Below, piece by piece: positions 9,961 to 19,125 of a DNA stretch of 64,000 bases (positions are counted from its first letter, which is position 1; each line of letters starts with the position of its first letter). The DNA comes from Marinoscillum sp. (GTDB taxonomy: Bacteria > Bacteroidota > Bacteroidia > Cytophagales > Cyclobacteriaceae). The stretch is taken from contig NZ_JAVKCA010000010.1 of NCBI RefSeq assembly GCF_040222955.1, positions 62,239 to 126,238 on the forward strand, given 5' to 3'. The notes below the pieces were generated by a model that searched no databases, was not told the DNA's origin, and worked only from the letters and a program-made list of their open reading frames with translations. The translations under genes were made by a program, and so were the position numbers.

Positions 9961-10986
9961 ATGAGAGAAGACTACCTGAGAGGTGACGATGAGCAGATGG
10001 ATTCCGGCGAAAAAGAGTTTGAAAAAGCACTGCGCCCTCTGTCGTTCGATGATTTTGCCGGACAGGACAAAGTAGTTGAAAACCTGAAGATTTTCGTGAA
10101 GGCTGCAAAGCTGCGCTCAGAGCCCCTTGACCATGTACTCCTGCATGGCCCTCCCGGCCTGGGCAAGACCACCCTCTCACATATCATAGCCAATGAGCTG
10201 GGCTCAGGCATCAAAGTCACCTCCGGGCCCGTATTGGACAAAGCCAGCGAGTTGGCAGGCCTGCTCACCAACCTGGAAGCGCATGATGTGCTGTTCATTG
10301 ATGAAATCCACAGACTCAATCCGGTAGTGGAAGAATACCTCTACTCGGCTATGGAGGATTACCGCATCGACATCTTGCTGGACAGTGGCCCCAATGCCCG
10401 ATCTGTGCAGATCAGCCTGGAGCCTTTTACCCTGATCGGAGCTACCACCCGCTCGGGCCTGCTCACCTCGCCACTGCGTGCCCGATTTGGCATTAACTCC
10501 CGACTGGAATATTATGATGCCAAACTCCTCACCTCTATTGTGGGCAGATCCGCAGACATACTGGAAACGCCCATAGATCAGGAAGCCGCATACGAAATAG
10601 CCCGCAGAAGCCGCGGAACCCCTCGTATCAGCAACAACCTTTTGCGTCGAACCCGTGATTTTGCTCAGATCAAGGGTGACGGGGCCATCACCCTGGAGAT
10701 TGCCAAAATGGCGCTAAAAGCACTGGACGTGGATGACCATGGACTGGACGAAATGGATAACAGAATCCTGGCGACCATTATAGAAAAATTCAAAGGTGGA
10801 CCTGTAGGGCTCTCTACCATTGCCACAGCCTGTGGTGAGGAAGCTGAAACCATAGAGGAAGTTTACGAGCCATTCCTGATCATGGAAGGCTACATCAAAC
10901 GGACCTCCAGAGGACGTCAAGCCACCGAACGGGCCTACCAGCACCTTGGCCACATCCCTCCTCAGGAGATGGGGCGGCTCTTCTGA
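9961..10986 (+). CDS. ruvB: Holliday junction branch migration DNA helicase RuvB
   Basis: [27 protein letters not shown]...[24 protein letters not shown] (Walker A)...[11 protein letters not shown] (Walker B). It is collinear with RuvB over its full length. Confidence 0.95.
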   Translation: MREDYLRGDDEQMDSGEKEFEKALRPLSFDDFAGQDKVVENLKIFVKAAKLRSEPLDHVLLHGPPGLGKTTLSHIIANELGSGIKVTSGPVLDKASELAGLLTNLEAHDVLFIDEIHRLNPVVEEYLYSAMEDYRIDILLDSGPNARSVQISLEPFTLIGATTRSGLLTSPLRARFGINSRLEYYDAKLLTSIVGRSADILETPIDQEAAYEIARRSRGTPRISNNLLRRTRDFAQIKGDGAITLEIAKMALKALDVDDHGLDEMDNRILATIIEKFKGGPVGLSTIATACGEEAETIEEVYEPFLIMEGYIKRTSRGRQATERAYQHLGHIPPQEMGRLF

Positions 10987-11123
10987 AAAGTCTGAAACCA
11001 GCCTTCTTTCAGGATCATATGTATCGCTGTGATACCACAAATGTCTATTTCGGGCTTATTGGGGCAGGGAAATTACATTTAAACAGGCTTTTCACTCTAT
11101 TTTAGGACTATAGCGTGAAAACC

Positions 11124-13118
11124 ATGAAAAAAATACCATTCCTGTTCCTATCACTTATCCTCCTGAAAGTCTCCGGGCAATCCGCTCCGGACAACATCCG
11201 CCTCAATCAGGTGGGCTTCCTGCCGGAAGCCCAGAAAATTGCGGTGGTCGTTGGCTCCAGCCAATCTGCGTTTGATGTGATCAAAAACAGTAACTCTGCG
11301 GTGGTCTATTCCGGCACATTGTCCGCTTCAAAATATTGGAACAAGTCGGAAGAAGAGGTGAAAATCGCAGACTTTTCAGACTTTAAAACCAGGGGCACCT
11401 ATAGACTGAAGCTTGGCAATGGCGACCTCTCCCATCCGTTCAAAATAGCCGATGATGCGCTCCTGGATGTGACAAAAGCCACCATCAAAGCCTATTACTA
11501 CAACCGCGCTTCCATGGAGCTCACCGAGGAGTTTGCCGGAGTATACAATCGCCCATTGGGCCACCCGGATAATAACGTCGTGGTACTACCTTCGGCGGCT
11601 TCCGCAGAGCGTCCGGCAGGCACCGTCATTTCTACCCCGAAAGGCTGGTATGATGCCGGTGACTATAACAAGTACATTGTGAACTCAGGCATCAGCACTT
11701 TTACCCTGCTGGCTGCCTACGAGAACTATTCGGAATTCTATGACACCCTTGATCTCAACATTCCCGAAAGCGGCAACTCCATTCCCGACCTCCTCGACGA
11801 GGCCCTTTGGAACATCGAATGGATGAGCACCATGCAGGACCCCAACGATGGTGGGGTGTACAACAAAACCACCGCAGCCAACTTCCAGGGGGTAATTATG
11901 CCACATAAGGCTACCGCCACCCGATATGTAGTGGCCAAAGGCACGGCCGCCACACTGGACTTTGCTGCCGTAATGGCCATGGCTGCCCGAATTTACGAGC
12001 CCTACCTCCCGGAATTTGCTGCCGAATGCCTGACAAAAGCCGAACTGGCATGGGAGTGGGCCAAAGCCCATCCCAATGTCACTTATAACAACCCCGGAGC
12101 CCAGAATGGCTATCCGGCAGTCCATACCGGTGGTTATGGAGATGGCAACTTCAACGATGAGTTTTTCTGGGCTGCCACAGAACTTTACATCACCACCGGG
12201 GAGGATAGCTACTATTCTACCCTTAACTTTTCTCAATACTTTGGAGTACCCGGGTGGCCCAACGTGCAAACCCTGGGTATCCTGTCGCTCATCACCCACC
12301 GAAAATCGCTCACGGCAGCTGCGGATACTGCGGCTATCAAGAACATCCTGACAGACCTCACCGACGACCTCAGGGATTTTCAGAAAAGCACCTCTCCCTA
12401 TCTCATCCCAAACAATGACTTCTACTGGGGGAGTAACAGCGTGCCCGGCAACCAGGGAATGCTCCTGATGTATGCCTACGAACTTACCAAAGACCTTGAC
12501 TACCTGAATGCTGCCATTGGAGCAACGGATTACCTGCTGGGGAGAAATGCTACCAAATATTGCTTTGTGACTGGTTTTGGCAGTGTGCCTCCGATGGACA
12601 TTCACCACAGGCAGTCTGGCGCAGACAATGTGGCTGAACCGGTTCCGGGTTTCTTGGCCGGAGGGCCAAACCCACAAAATGTAAATGACGACTGTGGGGC
12701 CAGCAAGTACCCCAGCCTGATCGCTGCCAAATGTTATGTGGATGATTTTTGCAGCTACTCCACCAATGAGATTACCATCAACTGGAATGCCCCGCTGGTG
12801 TACACAGCCGGGGCCATACATGCCGTGTATGACCGGGACCTGAAAACACCCAACACCGATCCGGTGGAGGAACCCCTTTCCACGGGCAGCACCCTGGAGG
12901 TGGAGATATTTCCTAATCCGGCACACGATTTTATTACGGTGAAGACCAATGGTAACGCTCAGGAACCAATGGAAATTCGGATTTTTTCGATCAACGGAGG
13001 AGAGGTCATCCGTACGGATAAGTCCACTGTAGACGTTTCGGCACTTAGTCCGGGAGTCTATGTGATCAGGTATAAAAACCCGAAGCAAACCATCAGCCGG
13101 CAGATTCTCATCAGGTAA
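11124..13118 (+). CDS. Glycoside hydrolase family 9 endoglucanase with N-terminal Ig-like (CelD_N) domain and C-terminal T9SS sorting domain
   Basis: GH9 signature GWYDAGDYNKY. The catalytic region contains DFYWGSNS and HHRQS. The C-terminal ~80 aa (EIFPNPAHDFITVKTNG...VYVIRYKNPKQTISRQILIR) matches the Por secretion-tail (T9SS CTD) pattern. The ATG at 11124 (MKKIPFLFLSL) is preferred over the GTG at 11115. Confidence 0.85.
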   Translation: MKKIPFLFLSLILLKVSGQSAPDNIRLNQVGFLPEAQKIAVVVGSSQSAFDVIKNSNSAVVYSGTLSASKYWNKSEEEVKIADFSDFKTRGTYRLKLGNGDLSHPFKIADDALLDVTKATIKAYYYNRASMELTEEFAGVYNRPLGHPDNNVVVLPSAASAERPAGTVISTPKGWYDAGDYNKYIVNSGISTFTLLAAYENYSEFYDTLDLNIPESGNSIPDLLDEALWNIEWMSTMQDPNDGGVYNKTTAANFQGVIMPHKATATRYVVAKGTAATLDFAAVMAMAARIYEPYLPEFAAECLTKAELAWEWAKAHPNVTYNNPGAQNGYPAVHTGGYGDGNFNDEFFWAATELYITTGEDSYYSTLNFSQYFGVPGWPNVQTLGILSLITHRKSLTAAADTAAIKNILTDLTDDLRDFQKSTSPYLIPNNDFYWGSNSVPGNQGMLLMYAYELTKDLDYLNAAIGATDYLLGRNATKYCFVTGFGSVPPMDIHHRQSGADNVAEPVPGFLAGGPNPQNVNDDCGASKYPSLIAAKCYVDDFCSYSTNEITINWNAPLVYTAGAIHAVYDRDLKTPNTDPVEEPLSTGSTLEVEIFPNPAHDFITVKTNGNAQEPMEIRIFSINGGEVIRTDKSTVDVSALSPGVYVIRYKNPKQTISRQILIR

Positions 13119-13134
13119 TCGGAACCAAAACAAA

Positions 13135-13162
13135 CAAGCTGGCAAACGTGTCTGCCAGCTTG
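13135..13162. terminator. Perfect 10-bp stem hairpin between convergent genes (bidirectional terminator candidate)
   Basis: caagctggca-aacgtgtc-tgccagcttg. On the minus strand it is followed by a T-rich run (TGTTTGTTTTGGTT). It lies between the GH9 stop (13118) and the CMD gene stop (13185). Confidence 0.5.
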
Positions 13163-13184
13163 TAAGCGAGGAATAACCCCTGGA

Positions 13185-13634
13185 CTAACCTTTGTAAGAC
13201 CCAGGCTCATAGCCGAAGGTGATCGCAATGCGATTCCATGAATTGATCTGACAAATGAGTAAAACAAGATTAGCGATCTCTTCCTTGCTAAAGTGCTCCG
13301 ACGCATGGTCATATGCAGCTTTCGGATCAGTATGACTGATACCAGTCAATGCCTCTGTGAAGTGTAATGCAGCAGCCTCGGCAGGAGTAAAGCAGGTAGC
13401 CTCACGCCATACCTGAGTGAGGAAGAGTCGTTGAGCAGTCTCTCCATCCTTGGCCGCCTCTTTGGCATGCATGTCCATGCAATAGCCACATCCATTGATG
13501 GCCGAAGCCCGAAACTTCACCAGATGATAAATCATTGGATCTATTCCGGCCTTTTTCAGGTAACCCTCTGTATTCAGCATGGTGTCGTACCAGCCTTTGG
13601 GTAGTTCTTTTGCAGTTATTCTTTCCATTGTCAT
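13185..13634 (-). CDS. Carboxymuconolactone decarboxylase family protein (AhpD-like alkylhydroperoxidase core)
   Basis: 149 aa. The FRASAINGCGYCMDMH motif (CxxC in the AhpD-like fold) is present. It is directly downstream of an ECF41-like sigma factor gene. Confidence 0.8.
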   Translation of the reverse strand: MTMERITAKELPKGWYDTMLNTEGYLKKAGIDPMIYHLVKFRASAINGCGYCMDMHAKEAAKDGETAQRLFLTQVWREATCFTPAEAAALHFTEALTGISHTDPKAAYDHASEHFSKEEIANLVLLICQINSWNRIAITFGYEPGSYKG

Positions 13635-13658
13635 ACTTTATATGGTTTGTGAAGGTAT

Positions 13659-13686
13659 GACTGGCCCGCAGCCCAATACGTGACAG
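13659..13686 (-). promoter_or_regulatory. Candidate ECF41-type promoter upstream of the CMD gene (TGTCACG-N17-AGTC)
   Basis: The minus-strand sequence in the 62-bp sigma-CMD gap reads aaaaacTGTCACgtattgggctgcgggccAGTCatacc. The described ECF41 target consensus is TGTCACA-N16-CGTC. The -10-like element ends about 25 nt before the CMD start codon. Confidence 0.3.
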
Positions 13687-13696
13687 TTTTTTATGC

Positions 13697-14611
13697 TTAA
13701 TGTTTTATTTTAAAGTCACTCAGCTTTTCCGGGTTTAAAACCACAAAGATTCCGGTGACTTTGCCCTCATCCACCTCCAGGATCATCACACGATACACTT
13801 CATTGTTCTCCAGGAAGGCAATGGCCGGCTGATGATTAACAGCAATGATTTTCACACTGGTGTTTTCCAGATAGTATTTGGTACCAATGGCCCGTAACAA
13901 CTTCGACACATGGTCCTTCCCTCTGAGTACTTTCCGGGCTGCCGAAACGTCCGGTCCCCCGTCTGAGAAACTCACCACCTTGTTTTTGAGTAATTTCTTA
14001 AGTCGTGGCAGATCAGCCGCTCGCATCGCCCCCGTCAATTCATTGAGCAGTGTTTTATCCTCATTTGAAAGTGCTTTTTTCTTCCCTCTTTTCAGGTGAA
14101 TCTTATCCTTTGACCTTTTGTGAAGCTGCCTTGAATGCTCCTCCTCAATCTCCAGTACCTCACCTATCTCTTTGTGAGAAAAATCAAAAGCGTTTTTCAG
14201 CATAAAAACGGCCCGCTCCTGTGGGCTGAGTTTCTCCATGAGCACCAGCAGGGAATAACTCAGAATCCGTTCCCGATCTGCACCCTCATAGATACCATCT
14301 TCAGTAATCACTGGTTCCGGTAGCCAATAATCCGGATAATGCTCGAGTTTGTTTCTCAGCAGGTTTTTATGGCTGATCGATCGGTTGATGACGGACCTAA
14401 CCAGATAACCGGTGGGATTATTTACCTCTTCGTGTTTTTTTAGCACAAAAGGCACCAGAACCTCCTCTACTACATCACGGGCTGGCTCCATGGCTCCCAG
14501 GATGTTATAAGCATAAGGCAGAAGGGTGGCCCTGAATTGCTCAATCTCATTTTCCGGATAATGAAGCTCGCTCATTTCAATTGTGCAATTTAAATTTTCA
14601 TCGGTCTGCAT
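13697..14611 (-). CDS. RNA polymerase sigma factor, ECF41-like (sigma-70 region 2/4 plus C-terminal regulatory extension)
   Basis: The sigma2 region is LLPYAYNILGAMEPARDVVEEVL and the sigma4 region is LSPQERAVFMLKNAFDFSHKEIGEVL. The C-terminal extension contains YWLPEPV and NPEKL, which resemble the ECF41 signature motifs YVGPWLPEP and NPDKV. The ORF track starts at 14650, but Met residues at 14611 or 14575 give a more typical ~290-305 aa protein. Confidence 0.8.
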   Translation of the reverse strand: MQTDENLNCTIEMSELHYPENEIEQFRATLLPYAYNILGAMEPARDVVEEVLVPFVLKKHEEVNNPTGYLVRSVINRSISHKNLLRNKLEHYPDYWLPEPVITEDGIYEGADRERILSYSLLVLMEKLSPQERAVFMLKNAFDFSHKEIGEVLEIEEEHSRQLHKRSKDKIHLKRGKKKALSNEDKTLLNELTGAMRAADLPRLKKLLKNKVVSFSDGGPDVSAARKVLRGKDHVSKLLRAIGTKYYLENTSVKIIAVNHQPAIAFLENNEVYRVMILEVDEGKVTGIFVVLNPEKLSDFKIKH

Positions 14612-14674
14612 CTGCTCACGTCTTTTGGTCCGAAGGAATGACGCTGGCAACCCGAAATCCGTGACAATTATTTT

Positions 14675-14887
14675 TTACTCGGCCAGCAGCTTTCGCATTT
14701 TCTTCTCCGCTCGCAGTGCATGATCACTTTCCGTATAGAAAAAAGCCGCCGGATCCATTTGCTCTTTCAGTATGATGGACTGCTGTAGCTTAAACGTCTC
14801 TGAGCTTTCGCCAAAGAACACAATACTGCGCTCCAGCCCCATAAGGATCAGCACGAAAAAAATAATATTTCGAATGCGTCGCCTCAT
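14675..14887 (-). CDS. Hypothetical small membrane protein (70 aa), start overlapping the upstream exporter gene stop
   Basis: One TM helix (IIFFVLILMGL) and a charged C-terminus. The ATG overlaps the YeiH-family gene stop (ATGA). I recognise no homology, so this may be spurious. Confidence 0.3.
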   Translation of the reverse strand: MRRRIRNIIFFVLILMGLERSIVFFGESSETFKLQQSIILKEQMDPAAFFYTESDHALRAEKKMRKLLAE

Positions 14888-16257
14888 ATCGTTGCAGTGA
14901 TTTCAGGAAAGATCTTGTAAAACACCAGCCAGGCCATGAGTAAGGTAAGTCCGAGGTTGAGCAACTGGCCACATACATAAAGAATCAGGGGCTTGCCACC
15001 AGAAAACTGTCCCCGCAGTTCCTTAAAGTTGGTAGACAGACCAATGCTTACAAATGCGAGGCAAAAGAGCCACCCGCGGATTCCTTTGGTAAACCCAAAT
15101 AGCTGTTTTTCAATCAACACCTCAGAAAGCTCCGGGTTCATCGTTCCCTGTAGGAGGGAGAAGAAAATGGAGGCCCCTATAAATCCCAGAATGAATTTGG
15201 GGAAGCGATTCCATATTTCAGAAGCAGGTACTTTTTTACCCTGTACACGATCCACTTTGGTGGTCCAGTACATGGCCACTGCAAAAGCAATCACCCCGAT
15301 GAGGATGTTTTGAATCATCTTGATAGTAGCCGCCACATTCATGGCAGTGTCCCCTAAAAAGGCTCCGGCAGCCACCACCGCTCCGGTGGCATCTATGGTG
15401 CCGCCCAGCCAGGCGCCACCTAGTACCTCCGGCATTCCCACCGCCTGAATGAAAGCAGGCAACGCCACCATCATCACTGAGGTAAAGACCATGGACAAGC
15501 CGATGGCCGTTGTAAGTTCTTCCTTTTTGGCATTGCAGGCGGCCGCTGTGGCTATGGCGGCTGATACCCCACAGACTGACATGTCAGCACTAATGGTGAT
15601 ATTCAGGCTTTTGGAGGACATCTTCAGTATTCGCTGACCAAACCAAAAAGTGCTGACCAGCACGATGGGAGTAACCACCCAGGCCACAAATATTCCGGGA
15701 AGCCCTATGGCCATGATCTTGCCGAAGAGTACCTCAGCACCTAATAGCACCAATCCGGTTTTGATAAACAGCTCATGTCTGAGAGCTGGCTTTAGCCACT
15801 CCGGCAGGCCAAAAGTATTGCTGATAAAAATTCCGAGCACAATGGCCCACAGCGCGTAGCCCAGGCCTATGGACTTGAAGCTGACCTGAGACTGTAAGAC
15901 ATAAGCCACCAACCCTACCAAAAAGACGATGACAAAACCCTTTAAAAACTTTTTGACGGGTGTACCCAGCACGGCCGCTCCTGCACCCAGAAGTACCCCA
16001 AATGCCAGCAAAAGGCTCAGCAGCCCCCAGGCGTAGTTTTTCCCCTCAAATGTGTCCAGCGGATTTTGGGTCCATTTCTGGAACTTCGCCACCATCAGGT
16101 GAAGGTGACTCGTCAATGTGGTCTGCTCTATGTTCACAGACCCGGTGGTCACCTGTTCACTGGCACTCGCATACGGCGCCATCACAAATACCACAAGGGC
16201 AAACCCCAAGATAAATACACCCGTGGCAATGGCCACCAAATCTTCTGTCCATTTCAT
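14884..16257 (-). CDS. YeiH/UPF0324 family putative sulfate exporter (PSE family) membrane protein
   Basis: 457 aa polytopic membrane protein. The SADMSVCGVSAAIATAAA segment and the overall hydrophobic organisation are typical of the YeiH family. Confidence 0.75.
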   Translation of the reverse strand: MKWTEDLVAIATGVFILGFALVVFVMAPYASASEQVTTGSVNIEQTTLTSHLHLMVAKFQKWTQNPLDTFEGKNYAWGLLSLLLAFGVLLGAGAAVLGTPVKKFLKGFVIVFLVGLVAYVLQSQVSFKSIGLGYALWAIVLGIFISNTFGLPEWLKPALRHELFIKTGLVLLGAEVLFGKIMAIGLPGIFVAWVVTPIVLVSTFWFGQRILKMSSKSLNITISADMSVCGVSAAIATAAACNAKKEELTTAIGLSMVFTSVMMVALPAFIQAVGMPEVLGGAWLGGTIDATGAVVAAGAFLGDTAMNVAATIKMIQNILIGVIAFAVAMYWTTKVDRVQGKKVPASEIWNRFPKFILGFIGASIFFSLLQGTMNPELSEVLIEKQLFGFTKGIRGWLFCLAFVSIGLSTNFKELRGQFSGGKPLILYVCGQLLNLGLTLLMAWLVFYKIFPEITATI

Positions 16258-16336
16258 CCGCTCAAATTTTCCAAAAAGATATGAATTCTCCGCAACTCAC
16301 CATGTCAGATATTAGCCCAGCCTTTACCTTTAGGGC

Positions 16337-16621
16337 ATGAGCCATCAGAATGTTACCATCATATATTGTAAAATGTGCCGCTGGATGATGCGCGCTCACT
16401 GGATGAGCCAGGAGCTACTGACCACTTTTAGTGAAGAACTGGACGAAGTAACACTCCGACAGGGTACAGGCGGCATTTTTGATATCTATGCCAACGATAC
16501 ACTGATTTTTTCCCGAAAGGAAATGGGGCGATTCCCTGAAATCACCGAGCTCAAACAGCTCGTCAGGGATCACATTGCGCCCGACAAAAGCCTTGGTCAT
16601 TCTGATAAAAAGGCAGATTAA
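16337..16621 (+). CDS. SelW/Rdx family protein (CxxC variant of selenoprotein W-like fold)
   Basis: 94 aa. Its sequence is IIYCKMCRWMMRAHWMSQELLTTF...GGIFDIY.NDTLIFSRKEMGRFPEITELKQLVRD. This matches the Rdx family signature, which includes a CxxC redox motif at the N-terminus. Confidence 0.75.
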   Translation: MSHQNVTIIYCKMCRWMMRAHWMSQELLTTFSEELDEVTLRQGTGGIFDIYANDTLIFSRKEMGRFPEITELKQLVRDHIAPDKSLGHSDKKAD

Positions 16622-16639
16622 TCTTTAGTTTGCAGCCGG

Positions 16640-18142
16640 ATGCAACAACTCAACCCCATCAAATTCTGGCCGCCGCTGATCCTGCTTACAGGTACGGTCA
16701 CCTACAGCCTGGTGGACAAAGAAGGGTTTTTGGCTGCCGCTCAATCCGCCAATACCCGGATTCTCCAACACTTCAGCTGGCTGTTTAGTTGGAGCGTACT
16801 GTTGTTTGTCATACTCCTCCTCATTATATATCTCTCACCTTTTGGTAAGACTACCATAGGAGGAAAAGGAGCTTCTCCGCTGCTCTCCAAATGGAAATGG
16901 TTTTCCATCACCCTCTGTACGACCATCGCCACGGGGATCTTATTTTGGGGAACTGCAGAGCCACTCTTTCATTTTCATCAGCCACCTGCCAGCCTGGAGA
17001 TCAACCCGGCCAGTGCAGAAGCCCGGGATTTTTCTATGGCTACGATGCTCCTCCACTGGACCCTAAGCCCCTATGCCATCTATACCATAGCCGCGCTGGT
17101 ATTTTCGTATTGTTTTTATAACCTCAAGCGCCCTTTCGAAGTAAGTTCCATGCTCTTTCCCCTCATGGGGAAACATGCCTCCGGGATCATTGGCCACCTT
17201 ACAGATATCATTTGTTTGTATGGATTGGTAGCGGGCATGGCAGCTTCTCTTGGAGCCGGTATACTCACCATCTCCGGCGGGCTTCGCACATTTCTGGGCA
17301 TCCCCCCATCGGGTTTTCTCCTGCTGGTCATTACCCTGACCATTGTGGTCACGTTCGTGGCCTCTGCCAGCAGTGGGTTGATGAGAGGGATACGCATACT
17401 TTCCGACTACAACATCAAGGCATTTATCCTCCTTGCAATTTTCTTTTTCTGCTTCGGCCCCACCATGCCTATTCTGGAAACAGGAAGCTCGGCAGTGGTC
17501 GCCTACATTCAAAACTTTCTGCCCCGTAGTGTCAACTGGAACAATGTCCTTGACCAGAGCTGGTTTCAGAGCTGGACGGTATTCAACTGGGCCAATTGGC
17601 TGGCCTGGACACCCATCACAGCCCTTTTTCTCGGTCGCCTGGGTAAAGGGTATACCGTTCGTCAGTTCATCCTCGTCAACCTGGTATTTCCCTCGCTTTT
17701 CGGAGGACTGTGGATGATGATCTTTAGTGGTTCGGCCATTCACTTCGACAGCCTGAGTGATGGCGCACTTTTTCAAACCCTGACTGATGAGGGACCTGAA
17801 AATGTCATCTATGCCATATTTGAATCATTGCCTTTCACCTGGCTGATTAGCATTATTTTCTTACTGATTACCTTTATCTCCTATGTCACAGCCGCTGACT
17901 CCAATACCTCGGCCATGAGTAATCTTTGTACCAAAGGGATCACCACTGAGCATCAGGAGGCCCCTGTTTTTACCCAGATCATTTGGGGTACTATTGTGGG
18001 CGCACTGGCGTGGATCATGATCTCCTACTCTGGCATAGAGGGCATCAAAATGATCTCTGTACTCGGGGGGTTTCCGGCATTATTTCTTGTGATTGCTGTG
18101 GCATTTGGCGCTATCAAACTCATGATCACCACCAAACCATGA
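16640..18142 (+). CDS. BCCT family (betaine/carnitine/choline) transporter
   Basis: 500 aa with 12 TM helices. The BCCT signature region is [28 protein letters not shown]. Confidence 0.85.
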   Translation: MQQLNPIKFWPPLILLTGTVTYSLVDKEGFLAAAQSANTRILQHFSWLFSWSVLLFVILLLIIYLSPFGKTTIGGKGASPLLSKWKWFSITLCTTIATGILFWGTAEPLFHFHQPPASLEINPASAEARDFSMATMLLHWTLSPYAIYTIAALVFSYCFYNLKRPFEVSSMLFPLMGKHASGIIGHLTDIICLYGLVAGMAASLGAGILTISGGLRTFLGIPPSGFLLLVITLTIVVTFVASASSGLMRGIRILSDYNIKAFILLAIFFFCFGPTMPILETGSSAVVAYIQNFLPRSVNWNNVLDQSWFQSWTVFNWANWLAWTPITALFLGRLGKGYTVRQFILVNLVFPSLFGGLWMMIFSGSAIHFDSLSDGALFQTLTDEGPENVIYAIFESLPFTWLISIIFLLITFISYVTAADSNTSAMSNLCTKGITTEHQEAPVFTQIIWGTIVGALAWIMISYSGIEGIKMISVLGGFPALFLVIAVAFGAIKLMITTKP

Positions 18143-19065
18143 ATACACAGCAGCATACCGAACTGATCAAATCCCTGGCTACGGAGCTTGGTTTTAGCTT
18201 CTGCGGTATCTCCAAAGCGGGGTTTCTGGAAGACGAGGCGCCCAAAGTAGAGGAGTGGCTCAAACGCGGATATCAGGGCAAAATGGGTTATCTGGAAAAT
18301 CATTTTGACAAACGACTTGACCCCACCAAACTGGTGCCCGGTGCTAAGTCCGTGGTATCACTCGTCTACAACTACTACCCTGAAAAAGATCACACTGAGG
18401 CACAAGGCTACAAACTAGCAAAATACGCCTACGGTCAGGACTATCACCATGTGATCAAAGATAAACTGAAGGGTTTCATGGACAGCATTCAGAACCAAAT
18501 CGGGGCTGTGGAAGGCCGCGCATTTGTAGACTCCGCCCCGGTGCATGAGCGGGCCTGGGCGGCCAAAGGCGGGATAGGTTGGATCGGAAAAAATTCTTTG
18601 CTTCTCAACAGAAAAATGGGAAGTTTTTTCTTCCTGGCGGAGTTGATCATCGACCTGGAACTGGAGCCCGATGGCCCCATGAAAGACTACTGCGGTACCT
18701 GCACTGCATGCCAGGATGCCTGCCCCACGGATGCCATCTCAGAAGCTTATGTGGTAGATGGCAGCAAATGTATTTCTTATCTCACCATCGAGTTGAAAGA
18801 CAGCATCCCCGCGGAGTTTAAGGGCAAAATGGAAAATTGGGCTTTCGGGTGTGATATCTGCCAGGACGTATGCCCATGGAACCGGTTCTCCACACCCCAC
18901 CATGAACCGGCATTCCAGCCGCAGGGCTGGGAAGATTTCTCTACTCAGGACTGGGAAGAAATGACCCAGGAAGTATTCAGCAAAGTATTTAAAAAATCGG
19001 CTGTAAAACGGACCAAATACGAAGGGCTCAAACGGAATATTTCTTTCCTAAAAAATAACACTTAA
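18139..19065 (+). CDS. queG: tRNA epoxyqueuosine(34) reductase QueG
   Basis: Two 4Fe-4S motifs are present ([12 protein letters not shown] and [11 protein letters not shown]), with QueG-collinear sequence [19 protein letters not shown]...[11 protein letters not shown] chose the ATG at 18139, which overlaps the BCCT stop, over the upstream out-of-context start at 17983. Confidence 0.9.
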   Translation: MNTQQHTELIKSLATELGFSFCGISKAGFLEDEAPKVEEWLKRGYQGKMGYLENHFDKRLDPTKLVPGAKSVVSLVYNYYPEKDHTEAQGYKLAKYAYGQDYHHVIKDKLKGFMDSIQNQIGAVEGRAFVDSAPVHERAWAAKGGIGWIGKNSLLLNRKMGSFFFLAELIIDLELEPDGPMKDYCGTCTACQDACPTDAISEAYVVDGSKCISYLTIELKDSIPAEFKGKMENWAFGCDICQDVCPWNRFSTPHHEPAFQPQGWEDFSTQDWEEMTQEVFSKVFKKSAVKRTKYEGLKRNISFLKNNT

Positions 19066-19125
19066 CCCCTGCTTTTCTGCGTTGGGTTGCGTAATATGGC
19101 ACTGTTATTTTTTTAAGTCCCAATC

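Noticed and set aside
11685-13145. 486-aa minus-strand ORF
   Set aside because: It is entirely antisense to the GH9 endoglucanase gene, which has strong family motifs. It has a Gly/Val/His-rich shadow-frame composition.
17063-17776. 237-aa minus-strand ORF
   Set aside because: It is antisense within the BCCT transporter gene and has no signal or motif.
17983-18138. Upstream extension of the queG ORF (track start 17983)
   Set aside because: The extension overlaps the end of the BCCT gene in another frame. The QueG-homologous sequence begins at the ATG at 18139.
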